From a bacterium (lineage in GTDB: Bacteria; Bacteroidota; Bacteroidia; Bacteroidales; Tannerellaceae), in assembly GCA_963657455.1 (NCBI GenBank), contig CAVKMU010000005.1, positions 23,949-87,948 on the forward strand: a stretch of DNA of 64,000 bases. The letters are read 5' to 3'. The notes beneath the pieces are model-generated. The model was given only the letters and a program-made list of their open reading frames with translations, was not told where the DNA came from and did no database searches. Made by a program: the position numbers and the translations under genes. Shown in pieces: positions 56,265 to 64,000 of this stretch; within the stretch, counting starts at the first letter, position 1; each line of letters begins with the position of its first letter.

Positions 56265-57502
56265 AACGAGTATTGATCTTATGCGACCTTTTTCCGCCAG
56301 CCTTTGGCCCACGAATGGGCTACCTTTGCAAGTACTTGGCACAAACAGATTGGACACCCGTCGTTGTGTCGGAGAAGGTTGCGGCTTGTAACTTCCAATT
56401 TTTGGCAGATAGTTGTGAGGTGCATACGGTCAACTACTACCCATCCGACAACAAAATTCTCAACAAATTGCGTTGGATACATCTCCATTTTTGCTCGCTG
56501 TTTACCGACAAAAAGAGCCAACAGTTAGCACAACGAGCCGAACAGCTCTTGCAACAACAGCCTTTCGACTTGATTCTTTGCAGCAGTTACCGCACCTTTC
56601 CGCTACCGGCAGCCGAGCAATTGGCCGAGAAGTATCACCTTCCGCTCATTGTTGACTTGAGGGATATCATCGAACAGTACAGCGGCAATGAATTTATCAG
56701 TCATGCGTTGCCAAATATCCCTATTCTAAAAGATTGGATCATCAAACGATTCAAACAAAAGAACTTGTCTATCCGCAACCGAATTCTCAAGAAAGCAGCT
56801 TGCGTAACGACAGTTTCCGAATGGCATCAGCAATGGTTGCAACAATTCAACCCGCAAACACACCTGATTTACAACGGTTATGACCCAGAACTCTTCCATC
56901 CGGAGCAGAAAAAGACGGACCGCTTCATCATCACCTATACAGGGCGGCTGCTGAGTACGGCCATGCGCGACCCGTTGCTTTTCTTCAAAGGATTAAAGAG
57001 TCTTCAATTGCAGGGCATTCTCTCGCCCGACTTCTGCCGCGTCTATTGGTATGTCGACGAAGCATCGTGGAAAGTAATTGAAACAGAAGCCCGACGGCAT
57101 GGAGTTGAAGCATTTATGGAAATGAAAGGATATGTTCCGGCCTCCGATATACCCACCGTATTGAACAGCAGTTCGGTACTTCTTCTTCTCACCAACAAGT
57201 CGACAGGAGATGGCCCCAAAGGGGTCATGACTACCAAACTGTTCGAGTCGCTTGCCGTGGAAAAACCGATTCTTTGCGTCCGCAATGATGAGGGAGTACT
57301 GGAGCAAGTATTGCGAAACACCAACGCAGGCATCGCAGCCGGCACAGTAAAAGAGGTGTGCGACTTCTTGCAAGCCGCGTTCGATATGTGGTGTAAGCAA
57401 GGATACACATCGTCCAACATCTTGAAAGATAGCCTGAAGCTCTACTCTCGAAAAGAGCAAGCACAGCAGTTTGTCCGATTGTTTGAACAATATAAAAAAT
57501 AG
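56261..57502 (+). CDS. GT-B glycosyltransferase (GT4-like)
   Basis: FPP..R, DLRD, IYNGYD, ITYTG, KLFESL...KPIL. Confidence 0.82.
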   Translation: MKRVLILCDLFPPAFGPRMGYLCKYLAQTDWTPVVVSEKVAACNFQFLADSCEVHTVNYYPSDNKILNKLRWIHLHFCSLFTDKKSQQLAQRAEQLLQQQPFDLILCSSYRTFPLPAAEQLAEKYHLPLIVDLRDIIEQYSGNEFISHALPNIPILKDWIIKRFKQKNLSIRNRILKKAACVTTVSEWHQQWLQQFNPQTHLIYNGYDPELFHPEQKKTDRFIITYTGRLLSTAMRDPLLFFKGLKSLQLQGILSPDFCRVYWYVDEASWKVIETEARRHGVEAFMEMKGYVPASDIPTVLNSSSVLLLLTNKSTGDGPKGVMTTKLFESLAVEKPILCVRNDEGVLEQVLRNTNAGIAAGTVKEVCDFLQAAFDMWCKQGYTSSNILKDSLKLYSRKEQAQQFVRLFEQYKK

Positions 57503-57508
57503 AGACCT

Positions 57509-58396
57509 ATGATCTCGATTTTGATCCCGACCTACAACTACGATTGTCGTCCGTTGATATACGAGATGCACCGACAGGCAACTGCCGAAAACGTTCCTTT
57601 CGAAATTATCGTGGCCGACGACCACTCCACCGACGATGTGCTGGCAAACTATAAAGAGTTGCCCTCCATCGCACATTGCCGTTTCGTTGCTCTGCCCACA
57701 AACATAGGGCCTGCCAACATACGCAACTTCTTGGTCGATGAAGCCCGCTACCCATATTGCTTGCTGATGGATGCCGACACCTTCCCTGCTTCGTCCGACT
57801 TCCTGCATCAATACTTGCAAGCCGCACGAAAAGGAAGCATCATCTGTGGTGGGTTTGTTTACGAACGGACAGCGCATCCGTCGATGTGTGCGCTGCGCTA
57901 TAAATATGGCATTCATGTGGAAGAACGTACGGCATCGGAACGAAACAAACGGCCCTATGCCCAGTTTATCAGCATGTGTTTTCTGACTGATAAAGAACTG
58001 TTTAAGCAAGTACGATTAGACGAGCAGATGCACTTTGGATATGAGGATTGCAACTTCGGCATCCGTTTGCAAAAGCAACAGATACCACTGCTTCATATCG
58101 ACAATCCGGTCTATCATCGGACGACGGACTCGGCTGCCGATTATCTGCAAAAGATTGAGCGGTCGATAGAGAATCTGCTGCCACACCTCGACAGCATGAA
58201 ATCTTACATTCGGCTGCTGCAGTGGCATAGTTGTCTCGAAAAATATCATCTGACAGCATTAACAACGACTGTTTTCCGCATGAGTCGCCCTCTTCTACGT
58301 CATAATCTGAAGAGCAACCACCCTCTTCTCTCCTTTTTCGCCTTCTATAAATTGGGCTATCTCTGCTATCTTCTGAAAAGAGATCAGCGTATATGA
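57509..58396 (+). CDS. GT2 glycosyltransferase
   Basis: SILIPTYN, DDHS, DAD motif, GYED. Confidence 0.88.
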   Translation: MISILIPTYNYDCRPLIYEMHRQATAENVPFEIIVADDHSTDDVLANYKELPSIAHCRFVALPTNIGPANIRNFLVDEARYPYCLLMDADTFPASSDFLHQYLQAARKGSIICGGFVYERTAHPSMCALRYKYGIHVEERTASERNKRPYAQFISMCFLTDKELFKQVRLDEQMHFGYEDCNFGIRLQKQQIPLLHIDNPVYHRTTDSAADYLQKIERSIENLLPHLDSMKSYIRLLQWHSCLEKYHLTALTTTVFRMSRPLLRHNLKSNHPLLSFFAFYKLGYLCYLLKRDQRI

Positions 58397-58405
58397 AAAA
58401 GGCAT

Positions 58406-58521
58406 TCGGCAGTTTCTAAAAGTTTTCTCGGGAGCAAACTGCAGTTTTCTCCGCATGAAACTCCAGTTCACACCCGTATAAACTACCGTTAATACGAATG
58501 ATATTTTTTGTTTGGTGTCGA
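58406..58521. repeat. 22-bp lattice repeat array E (palindromic-linker type)
   Basis: Cores 58406 TCGGCAG, 58428 TCGGGAG, 58450 TCCGCAT, 58471 CACCCGT, 58515 GTGTCGA; linkers at 58436 AAACTGCAGTTT, 58458 AAACTCCAGTTC, 58480 AAACTACCGTTA. Confidence 0.85.
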
Positions 58522-58626
58522 GAAATCAGTAAGAAGCTGAGAACTATCCGTAATTTATGAACAAAACATTCTGTAAAAAGGTTATATATTTGTATTTGTT
58601 TAAAAGTTATTGAATTTACAAAGCTT

Positions 58627-59541
58627 ATGAAATTAGATTTCAAGCCTATTGAGATAAGCGACAAAGAGCTCATTACATCCATCACCTTTCAAGAAGGGCA
58701 GCAGAATTGCGACTTGGCTTTTTCCAACATTTGCAGTTGGCGTTTTCTATACGACACGGAGTTCACCATGGTGGATGGTGTTCTTCTTGTTCGCTTTCTG
58801 ATCAAAGAAAAACAACACCTGTCCTATATGCCGCCGATGGGAAACCATGAATATTTCTCGGAAGCCATCCATCTGATGGAAGAAGATGCCAACAATTTAG
58901 GACATCCATTTCGGATGATGGGCGTTACACCCACCATAAAAGAGCGACTGGAAACGCTTTTCCCCGGCGAATTCGAGTACCGCTCCAACCGCAACTATTT
59001 CGACTATATCTATCTTCGTGAGGAGTTGGCCACCCTCAAAGGAAAGAAATTTCAGCAGAAGCGGAATCATGTCAACAAATTCAAAAAGAATTATCCCGAC
59101 TATGAATACATTCCATTGACAGCCGACCGTGCAGAGGAGTGCATGAGCTTCGAAAATATTTGGTATGAAGCCAACAAAGACGAAAAAGATTCTGTCGAGC
59201 TAAACCAAGAACGGCAGTCGATGCTCAACGCATTGCACCACTACAAGGAGTTGGATCTGAAGGGTGGAATGATCAGAGTTGACGATAAACCGGTGGCATT
59301 CACCTTTGGTTCACCTATCACTCCTACCACTTTTGGCGTACATGTAGAAAAAGCGGATATCAATTTCGAAGGAGCATATACCATTATCAATCAAGAGTTT
59401 TCAGCTCATATACCGGAACAATATATCTACTTGAACCGAGAAGAAGACTTGGGGATACCAGGACTTCGAAAAGCGAAGCTCTCGTATAACCCTACTTTAT
59501 TGCTTGAAAAAAATATGGTTGTCAGAAAAGCGGATTTATAA
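58627..59541 (+). CDS. stand-alone DUF2156 (MprF/aaPG-synthase catalytic-like) protein
   Basis: DYIY, L.GKK...KRNHVNKF, HVEKA, NREEDLGIPGLRKAKLSY.P; no TM domain; TATATTTG box at 58585-58592. Confidence 0.85.
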   Translation: MKLDFKPIEISDKELITSITFQEGQQNCDLAFSNICSWRFLYDTEFTMVDGVLLVRFLIKEKQHLSYMPPMGNHEYFSEAIHLMEEDANNLGHPFRMMGVTPTIKERLETLFPGEFEYRSNRNYFDYIYLREELATLKGKKFQQKRNHVNKFKKNYPDYEYIPLTADRAEECMSFENIWYEANKDEKDSVELNQERQSMLNALHHYKELDLKGGMIRVDDKPVAFTFGSPITPTTFGVHVEKADINFEGAYTIINQEFSAHIPEQYIYLNREEDLGIPGLRKAKLSYNPTLLLEKNMVVRKADL

Positions 59542-59542
59542 T

Positions 59543-60478
59543 ATGGATGAACGGACAATAACAGAAATAAAAAATTTGTGGAAAGCGTGCTTCCATGACT
59601 CGGACGACTACATCAACCGCTTCTTTTACTATAATCAACCCCAAGAATCGGCGTTGTATATCGAGCAAGACGGCCACGTGGTCAGTTCACTTCAGATGCT
59701 ACCCTATACATTCTATTATTATGGTTATGAGTTGCCCGTCACCTATATCTATGCCGTCTGTACTGCCCCCGCCTATAGACGACGCGGCTACATGCGCCAA
59801 ATGCTTCAAGCCTGTTTTGAAAAAGCAAAGCTAAACGGATCGACAATGGCGATGTTGTTGCCGGCCAACGAGTCGCTTTTTGAAAGTTATCGAAAATGTG
59901 GGTTTGTAAATTTCCTCTGCACCGATCCCATTGTCTGCCGCTTTCCAAACGCCGGCCCATCTCCTTTCGTTCGAGAAGCAAGAGCAGACGAATTTACGGC
60001 TGTCGTCAACTATCTCCAAACCTGCTACAAACGCTATCCGATGGCTGTGCTTCATTCCGAAAAACAACTGCGTTTTGTAGGAGAAGACCTACTTGCGCAA
60101 GGTGTCCGCCCGTTTATTTATCTGAAAGACGAGAAGATTGTCGGCACGATATGGGCTGTTGACGGAGACGAGCAAGTGACTGTTGTCGAGATTCAAGCCG
60201 ATACGGAAGCTATTCACGAGGCATTGCTGAAGCATGTGACCCACCATTGGAAGAGAGAGAAGGTGTGGTTTCGGAGAATTCCCAAAGAAAACAGCCGACC
60301 ACTCTCCATGTGTCGTCTGCTGAATGCCGAGCCCTACTATCCGATTTGGCTCGAACAACATCCGCACAATGCAGCGTCATTGGAAGAAATCCGCCGGCTT
60401 CCCCCATCCGAGCAGGTCTCTATTCTATTTGATCTCCAACACGAAAAGGGATATATGAGCTTGATGTTGGACATATAG
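59543..60478 (+). CDS. GNAT acetyltransferase (Eis-like)
   Basis: LWKACF.D, YIYAVCT.PAYRRRGYM, L.PA...L...Y.K.GF; start moved to ATG 59543. Confidence 0.82.
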   Translation: MDERTITEIKNLWKACFHDSDDYINRFFYYNQPQESALYIEQDGHVVSSLQMLPYTFYYYGYELPVTYIYAVCTAPAYRRRGYMRQMLQACFEKAKLNGSTMAMLLPANESLFESYRKCGFVNFLCTDPIVCRFPNAGPSPFVREARADEFTAVVNYLQTCYKRYPMAVLHSEKQLRFVGEDLLAQGVRPFIYLKDEKIVGTIWAVDGDEQVTVVEIQADTEAIHEALLKHVTHHWKREKVWFRRIPKENSRPLSMCRLLNAEPYYPIWLEQHPHNAASLEEIRRLPPSEQVSILFDLQHEKGYMSLMLDI

Positions 60479-60556
60479 AATCTGTCTGAAAAGAATCTTC
60501 ATGAAGAAGCAGTAGCCAAAACCCGCCGTCTACGCCATAACGTGAAGATTACGACA

Positions 60557-60598
60557 AAAAAAAGGAGCTTCCAATTATAGGAATTTTCCTTTCTTTTT
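60557..60598 (+). terminator. probable terminator after the GNAT gene
   Basis: AAAGGAG.TTCC / GGAA..TTCCTTT hairpin followed by a T-rich run. Confidence 0.5.
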
Positions 60599-60634
60599 CC
60601 TATTTTTGTAGGTACATCAACAAGCAGATTCGTT

Positions 60635-62863
60635 ATGGGGAAATTCAATAAAAATACGACGTTCTACTTGATAATGCTCATTGTTTTTGGTATTTTAATG
60701 TACCTGATTACCATCGGAGGAGAAGCACAAGAAGTAGAAAGCGCCATTCAAACATCCACGCATGCTCCGCGCAACATGACGGAAGGCTTTGGGGTGTTCA
60801 CGGATTTGGTGATACATCACATCCAATCCGACTTGGGCATCTTGCTGTTGCAAATCGTAATTATATTGATCTTCTGCCGAATTTTCGGTTGGATCTTCTC
60901 AAAAATGGGGCAACCCACGGTGATAGGCGAGATCGTTGCCGGGATCGTATTGGGGCCATCTATCCTTGGTAATATCGCACCGGGCGTTTCCTCCTTCCTC
61001 TTCCCGGAAGAATCTTTGCAAAACATCAACATCATCAGCCAGTTTGGTTTGATACTCTTCATGTTTGCCATCGGTATGGAACTGAGCATCACGGAGATTC
61101 GCAAGAAACTGAACGAAACGATTCTTATCAGTCATACAAGTATCATCGTTCCGTTCCTCCTCGGCATGGTAACCGCCTTTTTCCTCTATGGAAAATACAC
61201 CTATGAGAGTACCCCTTTTTTGTCGTTTGCTCTGTTCATCAGTATCTCGCTGAGTATAACGGCCTTCCCCGTACTGGCTCGCATCATTCAAGAAAAGGGA
61301 ATGACAAAGAAGCATTTGGGGAAATTAGCCGTGGCCAGTGCCGCCAACGGCGACATCACGGCTTGGTGTTTACTGGCCGTAGTCGTCTCCATTGCACAAG
61401 CAGGATCGGCGCTGAGTGCCATCTACAATATACTCTTTGCCCTCGTATACATTCTCTTTATGGGGGGAGTGATCCGGCCACTTCTGCAAATGATCGGCCA
61501 TGTCTACCATAACAAAGAGGTTGTGGACAAGGGGCTGGTCGGATTTATCTTCTTACTGCTGATCGCCTCATCGTTCATGACAGAGATATTAGGACTGCAT
61601 GCTTTGTTCGGAGCTTTCATTGCGGGAGTTGTAATGCCGGAGAATCTTAAGTTCAGAAAGATCATGACTGAGAAAGTAGAAGATGTATCGTTGGCGCTCT
61701 TCTTGCCACTCTTCTTCGTATCGACAGGATTGCGTACGGAAATAGGATTGCTCAACAGTCCGGATCTTTGGTACATGTGCAGCATATTCATCTTGGTAGC
61801 CATCATCGGAAAGTTCGGAGGATCCATGATTGCCGCCCGCATCGTGGGCGAGACATGGAAACACAGTCTCTACATGGGGGCCTTGATGAACACCCGAGGC
61901 TTGATGGAATTGGTGGTTTTGACCATCGGTTACGACATGAAGATCTTGACCCCTCCCGTCTTTGTCATGCTGGTTTTGATGACATTGGTTACAACCTTCA
62001 TGACTACTCCACTGATTTCACTCATCCAATTCTGCTACCGCATATACGGAAAACGAATCAGATCGCAGCAAGCTGCAGAGATTGTTGCCCAACAAACGGG
62101 AGTTTTCAAGGTATTATTGTCATTCGGCCGAGCCAGCAACGGATTGGTGATGCTGGATGTTGCCTACCAACTCTTCTCCCATGCCAGAGAAAAATTAGAG
62201 ATTACAGCCTTACACTTGACTGTCGGTCCGGATGTCAACCCAATGCATGCAGACAATTTCGAAGAAGTCAGCTTCGGACCTATTCTATATGGTGCACAAA
62301 AATTGGGCATTCCGATCCATACCCGGTATGAAATATCCAACAATGCCGGCTTTGACATCTGTAATATCGCCAACCGGGACGGGTATGATTTCCTATTGGT
62401 AGGGGCCGGCATCTCCATGAGTGACGTGCCTACCGACGTAGAGGCCAACCGATATCTTCGTTTCCGTCACAAGATCTTAGGGTTCTTCACCACCCCCGGT
62501 GTTTTCTATCCGGGCGAATTGTTGAAAGACAAGACCAAAACATTCATCGAACAAAGCCATTGCCCGGTCGGTGTATTCATAAACCGTAAATTTGTTCGGG
62601 CTACCAATACATTAATTATCGAGGGATGTGACGAAGACCGCTTCCTGCAATCTTACGCCGACAGCTTGGAGCGTACGACACAGACCGAACGGTCGACATT
62701 GCGAATACCGCAACAAACATTGACGGGAAACTTACTTTCCGGATTTAATTTTATGTTGATAAGTTACAATACGTGGAACAAAATATCAAAGACAGAGAAA
62801 GATGCGCTGCAGCAGATGCCGTCAACGCTGATATTGAGCCAAGGTTTGACCAAAGACGAATAA
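60635..62863 (+). CDS. cation:proton antiporter (CPA2) with USP-like C-terminal domain
   Basis: QPTVIGEIVAGIVLGPS, ITAFPVLARI, FGAFIAG, FLPLFFVSTGL, MNTRGLMEL. Confidence 0.9.
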   Translation: MGKFNKNTTFYLIMLIVFGILMYLITIGGEAQEVESAIQTSTHAPRNMTEGFGVFTDLVIHHIQSDLGILLLQIVIILIFCRIFGWIFSKMGQPTVIGEIVAGIVLGPSILGNIAPGVSSFLFPEESLQNINIISQFGLILFMFAIGMELSITEIRKKLNETILISHTSIIVPFLLGMVTAFFLYGKYTYESTPFLSFALFISISLSITAFPVLARIIQEKGMTKKHLGKLAVASAANGDITAWCLLAVVVSIAQAGSALSAIYNILFALVYILFMGGVIRPLLQMIGHVYHNKEVVDKGLVGFIFLLLIASSFMTEILGLHALFGAFIAGVVMPENLKFRKIMTEKVEDVSLALFLPLFFVSTGLRTEIGLLNSPDLWYMCSIFILVAIIGKFGGSMIAARIVGETWKHSLYMGALMNTRGLMELVVLTIGYDMKILTPPVFVMLVLMTLVTTFMTTPLISLIQFCYRIYGKRIRSQQAAEIVAQQTGVFKVLLSFGRASNGLVMLDVAYQLFSHAREKLEITALHLTVGPDVNPMHADNFEEVSFGPILYGAQKLGIPIHTRYEISNNAGFDICNIANRDGYDFLLVGAGISMSDVPTDVEANRYLRFRHKILGFFTTPGVFYPGELLKDKTKTFIEQSHCPVGVFINRKFVRATNTLIIEGCDEDRFLQSYADSLERTTQTERSTLRIPQQTLTGNLLSGFNFMLISYNTWNKISKTEKDALQQMPSTLILSQGLTKDE

Positions 62864-62866
62864 CAG

Positions 62867-62913
62867 AAAAAAAGAAAAGGGTTTCCCCGATAGTATGCAG
62901 GTACACCCTTTTC
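62867..62913. terminator. hairpin between convergent genes
   Basis: GAAAAGGGT / ACCCTTTTC with a flanking A run. Confidence 0.55.
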
Positions 62914-62938
62914 ACTCAACTAATCCCTAACCAACACC

Positions 62939-63625
62939 TTATTTGCGTGAAGCAAACGTATATCTTAGCCATACTGTTCCTTCGTTTACACGCTCGACAC
63001 TCTCCAATTTCAACAAAGTGGCTGCCCTGTCGGGCTCGTCGATGCCATCAAAAACGGCCGTCATATGACTGCGTCCATCAATGCCGGCCCCAATCATGAT
63101 GCTGACTTCGTCCAATAAACCGGCTTTCAAAAAAGCTCCATTGATATGGCCTCCACCGGTGAGAGCGATACGTTTCACGCCAAATTTACTATATAAAATC
63201 TCCATAGCCTGCGGAAGATCAATTTCGTTTTTGCCGACGGCCAGCCAAGAGATGCCCTTTTTCGCTAATGTGTCAACATATGTCCGAGGACAATCTTCGG
63301 CAGTAATGACCAATAGCGGTTTGCCATCATACTGAGCAGCCGACCAATTCAATTTGCCATGCGTATCAATAGCAATCATATAGCCTTCGGCTTTTTGGAC
63401 AATATGTTCGGCAGTTTTACCGATTGGCGTATGATCATCCGTTGTAAAGGGCTCGTTATCTGCATAATGCATCTGCATGGTTACTCGTCCCATCAGCATG
63501 GAAGGGGCATTCATCTTGTCCAATGCTTCATAATAAACATCAGTATCGTCAATTTGCTCGGTCATATCACAATCGATACGCCCGTCAATAGAGGCCATCA
63601 TGTGGCAAAAAATGTACGGTTTCAT
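62939..63625 (-). CDS. RibD C-terminal / dihydrofolate-reductase-fold protein
   Basis: MASIDGRI, GRVT, GGGHINGAFL.AGLLDEVS, VWLRY; minus-strand TATTTTTG box at 63651-63658. Confidence 0.85.
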   Translation of the reverse strand: MKPYIFCHMMASIDGRIDCDMTEQIDDTDVYYEALDKMNAPSMLMGRVTMQMHYADNEPFTTDDHTPIGKTAEHIVQKAEGYMIAIDTHGKLNWSAAQYDGKPLLVITAEDCPRTYVDTLAKKGISWLAVGKNEIDLPQAMEILYSKFGVKRIALTGGGHINGAFLKAGLLDEVSIMIGAGIDGRSHMTAVFDGIDEPDRAATLLKLESVERVNEGTVWLRYTFASRK

Positions 63626-63811
63626 TTGCTATTCATAATTTTTACAACAGCAAAAATAGAAGAATACTATCATCTGCCCGCTACCTTTATTACGGAGAAA
63701 ATGAATGGTTTTACCGATTCATGTACAGAATCCTCGATAATGGTATTTAATTTTCTGAAAGAATAGTGTATCTTTGTGCAAAACGGAGAATGAAAAAAAG
63801 AGGAAACTGAC

Positions 63812-64000
63812 ATGAAAATTGCAGTATTGACCTTGAGGCTACATTCCAATTATGGCGGAATATTGCAAGCCTATGCCCTAATGACTGTATTAAAATGGTT
63901 AGGGCATGAGCCTTTTTTGATCTACAACCGCTATTACAAAAACAGAAATTTCCTCTCCCGCAATTGGCTCTACTTGAAAAACGGGCTGAAAAAGGTGGTA
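63812..64000 (+). CDS. polysaccharide pyruvyl-transferase family protein (5' part, runs off the window)
   Basis: Hand translation MKIAVLTLRLHSNYGGILQAYALMTVLKWLGHE...; the NYG..LQAYAL motif is typical; TATCTTTG box at 63769-63776. Confidence 0.75.
   Translation, partial: MKIAVLTLRLHSNYGGILQAYALMTVLKWLGHEPFLIYNRYYKNRNFLSRNWLYLKNGLKKVV

Overview
A core-genome stretch of a Bacteroidales chromosome, probably Parabacteroides/Tannerellaceae-like. This is inferred from protein families, the Bacteroidetes atp gene order and recurrent TAnnTTTG promoter boxes. It holds about 55 mostly housekeeping genes: pyrG-yidC, rnhB, GT3 glycogen synthase and phosphorylase, ruvC, the F-type ATP synthase operon, speA, a GH110 galactosidase, a sugar-kinase/AmpG-like pair, an ABC-F, HU-rne/rng, mutY, dnaG, an ECF sigma locus, and bcp-recA followed by a glycan-modification cluster. 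I saw no rRNA, tRNA, CRISPR, transposase or phage genes. The most striking unexplained feature is non-coding. Nine intergenic regions carry arrays of a 7-bp core (CTCCCGA/ATGCCGA-like, or its reverse complement) on a near-exact 22-bp lattice. The cores occur in either orientation and are joined by the palindrome AAACTGCAGTTT or by A/T tracts. I also found a 29-aa ribosomal protein bS22-like ORF missed by the ORF track, a long G-U-rich hairpin in the pyrG leader, a nested hairpin in the ABC-F leader, and an ABC-F whose second ATPase site is degenerate. All assignments come from reading motifs by eye; no database searches were run.
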